Of a DNA stretch of 64,000 nucleotides, positions 20,157 to 28,716 are shown in pieces. Source of the DNA: Clostridia bacterium (GTDB lineage Bacteria > Bacillota > Clostridia > Oscillospirales > Butyricicoccaceae); the NCBI GenBank assembly GCA_017453985.1, contig JAFTDT010000111.1, forward strand, positions 7,679 through 71,678, read 5' to 3'. Numbering within the stretch: position 1 is the stretch's first letter; each line of letters starts with the position of its first letter. Under the pieces are notes generated by a model, which was not told where the DNA came from, made no database searches, and saw only the letters and a list, made by a program, of their open reading frames with translations. The position numbers and the translations under genes were made by a program.

Positions 20157-20870
20157 ATGCGCAAAGGTAAAAAATATGCTGAAAGCTTAAAGCAGTACGA
20201 CCGTACTAAACTGTTCGATACGACCGAGGGCATCGAGACCATGCTCAAGACCGCCAAGGCGAAGTTTGACGAGACTGTTGAGATCCATGTCAAGCTGGGC
20301 GTCGATTCCCGTCACGCAGACCAGCAGGTGCGCGGCGCCGTGGTTCTGCCCAACGGTACCGGCAAGCGCACCCGCGTGCTGGTGTTCGCCAAGGGAGACA
20401 AGGCGAAAGAGGCGGAGGAAGCCGGAGCGGATTATGTCGGCGCCGAGGACATGGTGGCGAAGATCACCGGCGAGAACTTCTTCGATTTTGAGGTCGTCAT
20501 CGCCACTCCCGACATGATGGGCGTCGTCGGACGTCTCGGTAAGGTGCTCGGTCCCAAGGGACTGATGCCGAACCCCAAGGCTGGCACCGTCACGATGAAC
20601 GTGGCGCAGGCGATAGCGGACTCCAAGGCGGGTCGTATCGAGTACCGTCTGGACAAGACCAATATAATCCACTGCCCGCTGGGCAAGGTATCCTTCGGCG
20701 CGGATAAGCTGCGCGAGAACTTTGACACGCTGGTAGGCGCCATCGTCAAGGCAAAGCCCGCCGCGGCAAAGGGACAGTATATCCGTTCCTGCGTCATTGC
20801 AACCACCATGGGTCCCGGTGTGCGCCTCAATCCGGTGCGCCTGATGGACATCAATACCAAGGCTCAATAA
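20157..20870 (+). CDS. rplA: 50S ribosomal protein L1
   Basis: Conserved L1 sequence ([18 protein letters not shown]). RBS AAGGAGG. Confidence 0.97.
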   Translation: MRKGKKYAESLKQYDRTKLFDTTEGIETMLKTAKAKFDETVEIHVKLGVDSRHADQQVRGAVVLPNGTGKRTRVLVFAKGDKAKEAEEAGADYVGAEDMVAKITGENFFDFEVVIATPDMMGVVGRLGKVLGPKGLMPNPKAGTVTMNVAQAIADSKAGRIEYRLDKTNIIHCPLGKVSFGADKLRENFDTLVGAIVKAKPAAAKGQYIRSCVIATTMGPGVRLNPVRLMDINTKAQ

Positions 20871-20876
20871 AAGATA

Positions 20877-20906
20877 TTGACAAACCGTATGGTTTGCTGA
20901 TATAAT
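20877..20906 (+). promoter_or_regulatory. Promoter of rplJ-rplL
   Basis: TTGACA, 18 nt, TATAAT, with TGn extended -10. Confidence 0.65.
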
Positions 20907-21075
20907 ACCAAATGCTCGTTCCGGAGACAGCAGGAGAACAGTAAACGGCGTCAGCCGTCCTGCCGAGGATAAGGCAAATGCTTTATGATTTGCTGCGCCC
21001 TCATGTCTTTGACGTGAGGGCGCTTTATCTTTGAAAGAATGAGCGGCATTTATTACACACGGAGGTGAAACACGC
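20907..21075 (+). promoter_or_regulatory. L10-leader-like 5' UTR with terminator/attenuator hairpin (20995..21033)
   Basis: About 170-nt structured leader before rplJ, ending in gcgccctca...tgagggcgc followed by tttatcttt. Position and architecture match the Firmicute L10 leader; the covariance model was not run. Confidence 0.5.
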
Positions 21076-21729
21076 ATGCCTAATGCAAAGGTTTTGGCAG
21101 AGAAGCAGGCCATGGTCGCGGCACTGGCGGAGAAGATGAAGAACGCCAGTTCCGGCGTAATCGTGGACTACAAGGGTATTACTGTCGAGCAGGATACCAA
21201 GCTTCGTGCAGAGCTGAGGAAGAACGGCGTGGATTATGCCGTCGTCAAAAACACCCTCACTCGTTTCGCTGCAAAGCAGATCGGCTTTGACGAGCTGGAC
21301 GAAGTCCTCAACGGGACTACGGCGCTGGCTGTCAGTGCGGAGGATTCCGTCATGCCGGCAAAGCTCATCAGCGAGTTTGCCAAAAAGAACCCCAAGGTCT
21401 TCAAGATCAAGGCTGGTTTTGTTGACGGCAAGGTCGTGGACGTCGCGACCATCGAGCGCATCGGCGAGCTGCCCAGCAAGGATGTTCTCCTTGCCATGGT
21501 GCTCGGCACGATGAACGCGCCCATCGCGGCGCTGGCAAGAGCGCTCAACGCTATCGCCGAGAAGAACGGCGAAGGAGCTCCGGCTCCCGAGGAAAAACCC
21601 GCCGAGGAGGCGGCTCCCGCAGCGGAAGCCGCTGCTGAAGAGCCCGCCGCCCCCGCCGAGGCAGCTCCCGCAGAGGAGACTGCCGCCCCCGCTGAAGAGT
21701 CCGCCGCAGAGGCGCCCTCAGCAGAATAA
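21076..21729 (+). CDS. rplJ: 50S ribosomal protein L10 with an Ala/Glu/Pro-rich C-terminal tail
   Basis: Canonical L10 body. The last ~50 aa are low-complexity (APAPEEKPAEEAAPAAEAAAEEPAAPAEAAPAEETAAPAEESAAEAPSAE). Confidence 0.93.
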   Translation: MPNAKVLAEKQAMVAALAEKMKNASSGVIVDYKGITVEQDTKLRAELRKNGVDYAVVKNTLTRFAAKQIGFDELDEVLNGTTALAVSAEDSVMPAKLISEFAKKNPKVFKIKAGFVDGKVVDVATIERIGELPSKDVLLAMVLGTMNAPIAALARALNAIAEKNGEGAPAPEEKPAEEAAPAAEAAAEEPAAPAEAAPAEETAAPAEESAAEAPSAE

Positions 21730-21747
21730 GAATTGGAGGTAAATATC

Positions 21748-22131
21748 ATGGCTAGCGAAAAAGTAACTAAGTTTGTAGAAGAAGTAAAAGAGCTTACCGT
21801 CCTGGAGCTGAGCGAGCTTGTCAAGGCTCTGGAAGAGGAGTTCGGCGTTTCCGCCGCCGCTCCCGTTGCGATGATGGCTGCTCCCGCCGCCGGCGGAGCC
21901 GCTGCTGCCGGCGAGGAGAAGACTGAGTTCACCCCGACGCTGACCGAGGTCGGCGGCAACAAGATCGGCGTTATCAAGGTCGTCCGCGAGATCACCGGTC
22001 TGGGTCTGAAGGAAGCCAAGGAGCTGGTCGACGGCGCTCCGAAGCCCATCAAGGAGAACGTCTCCAAGGAAGAGGCGGAGAGCATCAAGGCGAAGCTGGA
22101 AGAAGCCGGCGCCAAGGTCGAGCTCAAGTAA
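21748..22131 (+). CDS. rplL: 50S ribosomal protein L7/L12
   Basis: [34 protein letters not shown], an Ala-rich hinge, and a C-terminal domain with [15 protein letters not shown] at 21748 follows GGAGG. Confidence 0.97.
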   Translation: MASEKVTKFVEEVKELTVLELSELVKALEEEFGVSAAAPVAMMAAPAAGGAAAAGEEKTEFTPTLTEVGGNKIGVIKVVREITGLGLKEAKELVDGAPKPIKENVSKEEAESIKAKLEEAGAKVELK

Positions 22132-22146
22132 AAATATTTTCACACA

Positions 22147-22172
22147 AAAACCGCGCCTTTTGGCGCGGTTTT
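22147..22172 (+). terminator. rplL terminator
   Basis: aaaaccgcgcc-tttt-ggcgcggtttt. Confidence 0.85.
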
Positions 22173-22195
22173 GCTTAAAGCAAAGGAGGCAAGCC

Positions 22196-22696
22196 ATGGA
22201 ACGGCACATCGAGATATACCCGCAGGACAAGGACGAGCTTTACGCGCTGCTGGCGGCGCAGACTGCGGCGCTGACGGAAGGGGAGCGGCATTTTCTGCCC
22301 AATCTTGCCAATTTTTCCGCCCTGCTTTTTTCCGCCCTGCGCGATATAAACTGGGCGGGCTTTTACCTGATGCACGGCGGCGAGCTGCTGCTCGGTCCGT
22401 TTCAGGGAAAGACGGCATGCATACATATCCCGCTCGGCAGGGGCGTGTGCGGCGTTGCCGCACAGACGCGCGAAACGCAGCTTGTGCCGGATGTGCATCT
22501 TTTTACGGGGCATATAGCCTGTGATGCGGCGTCGCGCTCGGAGATAGTGGTGCCGCTCGTGCGGGACGGCGTGCTTTACGGCGTGCTGGATATAGACAGC
22601 CCGCTGCCGGCGCGCTTTGACGACGAGGACAGGGCGGGGCTGGAGCGGCTGGCGGCATTGCTTCTTGCCGCCACGGATATGCCGGAGAATGTATAA
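22196..22696 (+). CDS. GAF-domain protein, free methionine-(R)-sulfoxide reductase (MsrC/YebR) type
   Basis: WAGFYL...GPFQGKTACIHIPLGRGVCGVAA...HIACDAASRSEIVVPL pattern. Start at MERHIE follows AAAGGAGG; the track's earlier start lies inside the rplL terminator. Confidence 0.8.
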   Translation: MERHIEIYPQDKDELYALLAAQTAALTEGERHFLPNLANFSALLFSALRDINWAGFYLMHGGELLLGPFQGKTACIHIPLGRGVCGVAAQTRETQLVPDVHLFTGHIACDAASRSEIVVPLVRDGVLYGVLDIDSPLPARFDDEDRAGLERLAALLLAATDMPENV

Positions 22697-22731
22697 GAAA
22701 CGGCGCTCTAATTGATGGAGGCTTATTACCG

Positions 22732-23448
22732 ATGAAAAAACCTCAAATGATTATTTTTGATTACGGTCAGACACTTGTGAAAGAGAAAGGCTTTGACGGA
22801 CTTGCCGGCTCGAGAGAGGTCATGCGTTACGCTGTCGAAAATAAGTATAATATTTCGCCGGAGCAGCTTCAGGAGGAAGCCAATGCTGTAAATCGGGAAT
22901 TAAAGCGATTTAATCCCGCATCCAGAGCGAAAAACACCGTAGAGATACCAAATCATATGTTCACGGCTTATCTGTATGAATCCATGGGGATTAGGCTTGG
23001 CTTGACGCCCGAAGAAACCGACCGCACCTTTTGGGACGCTGCCTCGCCTGGGGAGCCGACGGAGGGGATTTCGGAGTTTTTGGATTATCTCTACAAGAAA
23101 GGCATTCGGACTGCCGTTATCAGCAATATAAGCTATGCCGGCTCCGTGGTGTACGATCGCATAAATCGGCTGCTTCCCAAAAACAATTTTGAATTCATAA
23201 TTGCGACCAGCGAATATCTTTTTCGCAAGCCGCATCCAAGAATTTTTCGATTGGCATTGGAAAAGGCGTCGTTAAGTCCTGAGGATGCGTGGTATATAGG
23301 AGACAATTATGAGTGTGATGTGATGGGAGCGCGCAATGCAGGCTTATTTCCAATCTGGTATAAAGCTGAAATGGAATTTGAACAGATTGGGGATGATGTT
23401 TTGCAAATAGGCGCATGGTCGGAACTTCAGAAAATGCTGGAGCTGTGA
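22732..23448 (+). CDS. HAD-superfamily hydrolase (subfamily IA-like)
   Basis: Motif I IIFDYGQTL (position +2 is Gly, not Asp), motif III K in FRKPHP, motif IV GDNYECDVMGA. Visibly lower GC than flanks. Confidence 0.75.
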   Translation: MKKPQMIIFDYGQTLVKEKGFDGLAGSREVMRYAVENKYNISPEQLQEEANAVNRELKRFNPASRAKNTVEIPNHMFTAYLYESMGIRLGLTPEETDRTFWDAASPGEPTEGISEFLDYLYKKGIRTAVISNISYAGSVVYDRINRLLPKNNFEFIIATSEYLFRKPHPRIFRLALEKASLSPEDAWYIGDNYECDVMGARNAGLFPIWYKAEMEFEQIGDDVLQIGAWSELQKMLEL

Positions 23449-23520
23449 GAAACAAATATAACGCAAGAGATAGGATGATCTGACGGCAGGACGCGGATTT
23501 TATCTTATGAGCGTATAGAA

Positions 23521-23552
23521 AAGCAGGCAATTTCGTTCGGAATTGCCTGCTT
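23521..23552. terminator. Hairpin between convergent HAD and lipase genes
   Basis: aagcaggcaatt / aattgcctgctt 12-bp stem. Confidence 0.6.
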
Positions 23553-23594
23553 GCTTGTATTCCGCTCAAATGCTGTCTTGCTTGAGAGGAAAAT

Positions 23595-24412
23595 TTAATA
23601 TCCCATATTTTTCAGCCCTTCTGCAATGCCGATATACAGCTCGCAGATATCGGCTGTTCCGTCGCCGCGCTTTTTGCTAAACGGACGCCGCCGCAGGTCG
23701 ATGGCATCGAGGTGAGATATGCCGCGCAGCACGCCTGAGCGGATGATTTGCCGTTTGCCGCCCCACAGCGCAGACTCCACGGAAACCAGCCCATCGTTAG
23801 CTCCTTCTATGCGGCTTACCATCAAATTGGCGGTGGAAAGATTTATATCCGAGAGCGGATGCCGCATCACGCAGGCGAAGCTCTGATAATATATTCCCGG
23901 TACGTCCGGATTTCGCTCGTTGAAGCGCCGCATGCTTTCCGTAGTCATATCTTCGCACAGCCGCAGAAAATCCGGCTTTTTGTCTCCGATGAGCTTAGTC
24001 CAGTTATTGACGGCAAGGGAGGCGGCGCTCCAGCAAGGTGAGAGCAGGCGAAACAGGCGGTCGAGGGTCTTGGAGCCGCGGTGCGGCGTCGCCACGGTGG
24101 TGATGCTGGCAATCCTGCCGCCGCAGCCGAGCGCGGAAGCCGCCATGCGGGCGTCCAACCCGCCCTTTGAATGGGCGATTATGTTTACCTTTTCGCAGCC
24201 TTGCTCCCGCGCTATATTTTCTATGCGCGCGGCGACGGACTCCGCGTTGCTCGCCACGCTGCCCCATGCGTCCTGCTGTCCGTAGAAGATGACCGCGCCG
24301 CGGCGCTGCAGCGCGGCGGGGATTCGCCCCAATAGAGCGGCAGACTGAGGTCGCGGAAGCCTGCGCCGTGCAGGAGCAGCAGGGGATATTTGGTTTTGCA
24401 GCGGTCACTCAT
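23595..24412 (-). pseudogene. Alpha/beta-hydrolase (lipase/esterase, AHSKGG nucleophile elbow) disrupted by a frameshift in a G-run
   Basis: The N-terminus MSDRCKTKYPLLLLHGAGFRDLSLPLYWG is in one frame (track ORF 24221..24427). The rest, RIPAALQRRGAVIFYG...IIAHSKGGLD..., is in another (23595..24332). The switch occurs at the GGGG run at 24327..24330. Confidence 0.7.
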
Positions 24413-25016
24413 GCAGCTTGTCTCCAAGATATGCGATCCATTTTGCCAAGGAGTCCTGAGAAAAGTCCGTCAGCGCACGGGAATAAAGAGAAAAGCCCTC
24501 CGGGTCGTTTTGCTCCAAGAAGCGGAGCGCCTTTTTCGGTCCGCGATAATACAGACCTGTCAGCTCAAAGTATATCTCCAGACTATCCGTAAGCAGCCAG
24601 TGATGGCGATAGTTGCCCTCCGCGTCACGGCGTGCGGTTCTTGCCAGCATCTTTTGGCACCAGCCCAGCGCCTGACGCCTTTCCTCGACGCTTTTGGCGG
24701 AAAAACCGGAGACATAAGCTCGCACGGCATTCATGAGCCGCGCCGCCGCGCCGCTTTTATCAAGGACTATTTGTCCGTCCAATATCTGTACGAACTCATC
24801 GGGGGCAAACTCCGCCTCAAAGGTACGGGGAGGGCGGATGAAAACGTCGAGCATAGTTCCGGCGACGGTGGAGCGATCGTGCCGAGGCTCGCCGTCCGCG
24901 ATGACCAGCGCATCAAAGTCGCTGTCTTCATCCGAGCTGCCGTCGGCAAACGAGCCGTAAACTATAACGCTGTCGGGAGAATATGTGTCGATTATATAGG
25001 ACAGTATTTTCGTCAT
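24405..25016 (-). CDS. Nucleotidyltransferase-domain protein (Pol-beta superfamily, KNTase/ANT-like architecture)
   Basis: YGSFADGSSDEDSDFDALVI (GS...DxD) followed by a helical C-terminal domain. RBS AAAGGTGA. Its stop overlaps the start of the lipase pseudogene. Confidence 0.7.
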   Translation of the reverse strand: MTKILSYIIDTYSPDSVIVYGSFADGSSDEDSDFDALVIADGEPRHDRSTVAGTMLDVFIRPPRTFEAEFAPDEFVQILDGQIVLDKSGAAARLMNAVRAYVSGFSAKSVEERRQALGWCQKMLARTARRDAEGNYRHHWLLTDSLEIYFELTGLYYRGPKKALRFLEQNDPEGFSLYSRALTDFSQDSLAKWIAYLGDKLHE

Positions 25017-25030
25017 TGCTTCACCTTTCT

Positions 25031-25059
25031 AAAAAAGTGACCCGCGATATGCGGGTCAC
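25031..25059 (-). terminator. pduL terminator
   Basis: Minus strand: gtgacccgc-atatc-gcgggtcac followed by tttttt. Confidence 0.8.
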
Positions 25060-25088
25060 AGCGTTTTGCCAAGCTGTCTGCGGGCGGC

Positions 25089-25658
25089 TCAGAGGATGAC
25101 CTCGCCCTCGACCTCGCCGGAGATGCCGGCGGCGTTCGCCTCGTCGGTGTCGATATGCATGCGGGTGGCATACTTGGGAGATACGCGCACGACCACGTCT
25201 CCAAAGACGACAGAACGATCTGCGGTATTGATGCGCACGGAGATGATCTGCTTGTCAGCGACGCCCATCTCGGCGGCGTCCTCCGGCGTGATGTGCAGAT
25301 GACGCTTTGCCGCGATGACGCCAAAGGGCAGCTCTACCTCGCCGCAGGGACCGGTGAGCTTACAGGCGGCGCTGCCGGCGATGTCGCCGCTCTCGCGCAC
25401 GGGGATAGTCAGACCGAGGCTGCGCGCGTCGCTGAGCGAAAGCTCGACCTGCGACTCGGGACGCTCGGGACCGAGAATGCTGGCGTTGAGCTGTCCCTTG
25501 GGACCGGTGATGGCGACCTTCTCGGCGCAGGCAAACTGCCCGGGCTGGGACAGATCCTTTTTCCTTGTCAGCTCATAGCCCGCTCCGAAAAGCTGCTGCA
25601 CATGCTCGCGGGTGAGGTGCAGGTGACGGGCGGATGTTTCAACGATGATTTTTTTCAC
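25089..25658 (-). CDS. pduL: Phosphate propanoyltransferase / PduL-type phosphotransacylase
   Basis: Two PduL repeats (ETSARHLHLTREHV... and IAAKRHLHITPEDA...). GTG start at 25658 follows GGAGG; the track's longer N-terminus lacks an RBS. Confidence 0.88.
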   Translation of the reverse strand: MKKIIVETSARHLHLTREHVQQLFGAGYELTRKKDLSQPGQFACAEKVAITGPKGQLNASILGPERPESQVELSLSDARSLGLTIPVRESGDIAGSAACKLTGPCGEVELPFGVIAAKRHLHITPEDAAEMGVADKQIISVRINTADRSVVFGDVVVRVSPKYATRMHIDTDEANAAGISGEVEGEVIL

Positions 25659-25849
25659 GGTAACTCCTCCAAAAAGAAATTGGCATGTTCTTGCAATAAT
25701 CATTATACCGCCATGCGGCAAAAAGAACAAGAGATATTTAAGAAAAACATGCATTGATTTTTTTGATTTATGTGGTAAAATAAAAATATAGGAAGAGGCG
25801 CTCCCTGCTGAGCTGGGATAACGAGATCTAAAGACAAGGAGTGTATGAG

Positions 25850-25972
25850 ATGAAAAAGTTTGCTGTTTTCACTGCAATAGCCGCGCTGCTGACGGCAGTC
25901 GTAGGCTTGGCGTATTATTTCTTCAAGCTCAATCCGGAATATCTGCCGCACAGGAGCGAGCTGGAGGATTGA
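25850..25972 (+). CDS. Small (40 aa) single-TM hypothetical protein
   Basis: Not in the track. AAGGAG RBS. MKKFAVFTAIAALLTAVVGLAYYFFKLNPEYLPHRSELED, followed by a strong terminator. Confidence 0.45.
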   Translation: MKKFAVFTAIAALLTAVVGLAYYFFKLNPEYLPHRSELED

Positions 25973-26020
25973 TCCTCCGGCGGCGCTCTCGGACGTGCGC
26001 CGCGGCTGAATGAGACTCAG

Positions 26021-26075
26021 AACCCACCGTGACAGCTTTTGCATGAGGCTGTCACGGTGGGTTGCGTGTTTTTCT
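26021..26075 (+). terminator. Rho-independent terminator
   Basis: aacccaccgtgacagc...gctgtcacggtgggtt followed by gcgtgttttt. Confidence 0.8.
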
Positions 26076-26093
26076 GAGAAATCAAAAAAACTG

Positions 26094-26124
26094 TTGACTC
26101 TCCTCCAAGGGCAGGGCTTATACT
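26094..26124 (+). promoter_or_regulatory. Promoter with 19-bp spacer in front of the MerR-family gene
   Basis: TTGACT, 19 nt, TATACT. An over-long spacer is the hallmark of MerR-controlled promoters. Confidence 0.45.
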
Positions 26125-26168
26125 GGTCACAGGTTCGAACCGCATTATTTAGAAAGGAGCGATGCCGC

Positions 26169-26972
26169 TTGCTGCAAATAGGAGAATTTTCCAAAATTTG
26201 TCAGGTGAGCATAAAGACGCTGCGCCATTACGACAAACTGGGGCTGCTGACGCCGGCGGAGGTAGACCGCTTTACCGGCTACCGTTATTATCTGCCGGAG
26301 CAGATAGATAAGATGAATTATATCCAGCGGCTCAAGCGATACGGCTTTTCTCTTGAGGAGGTGCAGCGGCTGCTCGCCGTCACGGACGGTGCGGAGCTGC
26401 TGGCTGCGCTGCGGCGGCAAAGGGACAGGCTGAAGATGGAACAGCAGGAGACTGCGGCGATCCTCAGCGAGCTTCAGACACATATTTCGGTATTTGAAAG
26501 GACGGGAGATATTATGACGTATCAGAAGAATTACAGTATAGAGCTGCGGCGTGCGCCGGCGATGAACGTACTGGCAAAGCGCGCAATGATGGGCGTGGAC
26601 GAGTTTGGGAAATATTACGGTATGCTCTTCGAGCGCGTGCCGCAGGAACGCGTAACCCCCACCGGACTCAACGGCGCGAGATATCACGATGAGGAGTTCG
26701 ACCGCAATGCTTCCGATGTGGAGGTGTTCATCGGCATAAAGGAGCGGGAGAAGGCAGACATGGTGATGGAGCCGTGCGAATGTGCGATGACAGTGCATCG
26801 CGGCGGATATTCCACGCTCTCGGAGGCGTACGGCGCGGTCGTATCGTGGATCATCGAAAATGGATACGTGATTGCGGGAGCGCCGTTTGATCTTTACATC
26901 AAGACTCAGTTTGACTCGCTCGCGCCGGAGGATTGGGAGACAGAGGTATATTTTCCGGTGCGCAAAAAATGA
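26169..26972 (+). CDS. MerR-family transcriptional regulator with C-terminal GyrI-like effector-binding domain (BmrR type)
   Basis: IGEFSKICQVSIKTLRHYDKLGLL HTH at the N-terminus, a coiled coil, then a ~150-aa GyrI-like domain. The most plausible start is the TTG at 26169, 9 nt after AGGAG; the track's start at 26010 runs through a terminator. Confidence 0.8.
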   Translation: MLQIGEFSKICQVSIKTLRHYDKLGLLTPAEVDRFTGYRYYLPEQIDKMNYIQRLKRYGFSLEEVQRLLAVTDGAELLAALRRQRDRLKMEQQETAAILSELQTHISVFERTGDIMTYQKNYSIELRRAPAMNVLAKRAMMGVDEFGKYYGMLFERVPQERVTPTGLNGARYHDEEFDRNASDVEVFIGIKEREKADMVMEPCECAMTVHRGGYSTLSEAYGAVVSWIIENGYVIAGAPFDLYIKTQFDSLAPEDWETEVYFPVRKK

Positions 26973-27208
26973 TCTGTCCTTCGTTTTTTCGGCAGATCCG
27001 GCGGAGTTTTTGCCGTATACGGCGAATAGTGTAAATTTTGATTGTAATCCGGCGCGCGATATGCTATATTGATAAAGATGGGATCGGTGCGGTATGCACG
27101 CCGTGAATAAAACGCCCTTGCCCGGGCGCGGCGGCATGAACAGGGAGCGACAGCGAAACCGTATTGCCATCATATCATGCTGCCCCGTGCAGAGAAAGAG
27201 GAATTAAA

Positions 27209-28633
27209 ATGGCAACTACCGCTAAAGACATCATGAAGCTCATCAAGGAGCAGGATATCCAGATGGTCGATTTCAAGATCGTCGATATCAACGGACAGTT
27301 CCGTCACGTGACCATCCCCGCGACCAACTTCAACGAGGATACCATGAAGAACGGCATCGGCTTCGACGCCTCCAACTACGGCTACGCCGTGGTGGAAAAG
27401 AGCGACATGGTGTACATACCCGACCTCGACACCGCGATGATAGATCCCTTCTGCAGCATCAAGACCCTTTCCATGATCGGCAACGCCATGATAATCGACT
27501 ATCCCAACAACCGCCCGCTGAAGCAGTATCCCCGCAACATCGTGCTGGCGGCAGAGCAGTATCTGAAGGACAGCGGCATTGCGGACACCATGCTTATTCT
27601 GCCTGAGTTTGAGTTCTACCTTTTCGACCAGGTGGGCTGGAAGGTGGAGCATAACGCCATCGGCGTCAGCATCGACACCGCTCAGGCTCACTGGAACAGC
27701 GACGTGGAGGGCAGCGGATGCGTGGTGCCCATGCAGAAGAATTATCATGTGGCAAAGCCGTTTGACCGCACCTATGAGTGCCGCAGCGAGATGTGCCTTG
27801 AGATAGAGAAGGCGGGCATACCGATAAAGTATCATCATCCCGAGGTCGGCGGCGCCGGTCAGTTCGAGATAGAGCCGCTGCTGGGACAGATGTCCAAGAT
27901 GGCGGACGGCAGCATGATGATAAAGTATATCATTCACAACGTCGCGCAGAAATACGGGCTGAGCGCCACATTGATGCCAAAGCCGGTCTACGGCGAGGCG
28001 GGCAGCGGCATGCATGTGCATATGCTTCTGCTCAAGGACGGCGAGCCGGTGTTCTCCGACGATAAGGGCTATTCGCACCTCAGCCGCGAGGCGCACTGGT
28101 TCATGGGCGGTCTGCTCAAGCATATCGCTTCCCTCTGCGCGATAACCAACCCCTCCACCAACTCCTTCAAGAGACTGGTGCCGGGCTTTGAGGCGCCGGT
28201 GACGGTGGGCTATGCCACCTCCAACCGCAGCGCGGTCATCCGCATTCCCGCATATGCCAAGTCGCCCAAGCTCCGCAGGTTTGAGCTTCGCAACCCCGAC
28301 GCCACCTGCAATCCCTATTTCTGCTATGCGGCGATCCTCATGGCGGGCATCGACGGCATCAAGCACAAGATCGACCCGCACAAGAACGGCTGGGGACCCT
28401 ATGACATGAACCTGTACGACCTCTCTCCGGAGGAGAAGGCAAAGCTCAGTCACCTGCCCACCACGCTGGAGCAGGCGCTGGACGCGCTGGAGCAGGACCA
28501 CGATTATCTGACCGCCGGCGGCGTGTTCCCCGAGGAGCTGCTGAAGAGCTTTATCGCCGGCAAGCGCGCGGAGTGCCGCGAGTTGGCAAAAATCCCACAT
28601 CCGGCAGAGTTCGACAAATATTACAATCTTTGA
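27209..28633 (+). CDS. glnA: Type I glutamine synthetase
   Basis: VDINGQFRHVTIP..., EVGGAGQFEI, GSGMHVHM, NPSTNSFKRLVPGFEAP, SNRSAVIRIP motifs. ATG at 27209. Confidence 0.95.
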   Translation: MATTAKDIMKLIKEQDIQMVDFKIVDINGQFRHVTIPATNFNEDTMKNGIGFDASNYGYAVVEKSDMVYIPDLDTAMIDPFCSIKTLSMIGNAMIIDYPNNRPLKQYPRNIVLAAEQYLKDSGIADTMLILPEFEFYLFDQVGWKVEHNAIGVSIDTAQAHWNSDVEGSGCVVPMQKNYHVAKPFDRTYECRSEMCLEIEKAGIPIKYHHPEVGGAGQFEIEPLLGQMSKMADGSMMIKYIIHNVAQKYGLSATLMPKPVYGEAGSGMHVHMLLLKDGEPVFSDDKGYSHLSREAHWFMGGLLKHIASLCAITNPSTNSFKRLVPGFEAPVTVGYATSNRSAVIRIPAYAKSPKLRRFELRNPDATCNPYFCYAAILMAGIDGIKHKIDPHKNGWGPYDMNLYDLSPEEKAKLSHLPTTLEQALDALEQDHDYLTAGGVFPEELLKSFIAGKRAECRELAKIPHPAEFDKYYNL

Positions 28634-28650
28634 TAAGCTGATGAAAAGCA

Positions 28651-28676
28651 GCGGGCGTCCCATCTGGGACGCCCGC
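28651..28676. terminator. Hairpin between convergent glnA and VOC genes
   Basis: gcgggcgtccca / tgggacgcccgc. Confidence 0.7.
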
Positions 28677-28716
28677 TTTGCGTCTGAAAATCGTCTTGCG
28701 GCGCACTCGCCGCCAT

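Noticed and set aside
26973-27208. Possible GlnR/TnrA box or riboswitch or ANTAR target in the glnA leader
   Set aside because: Only a direct TGTAA...TGTAA repeat and short hairpins are present. There is no TGTNA-N7-TNACA palindrome and no dual hexaloop hairpins that I could verify.
27170-28663. 497-aa minus-strand ORF covering glnA
   Set aside because: It is antisense to a canonical glutamine synthetase and has shadow-frame composition.
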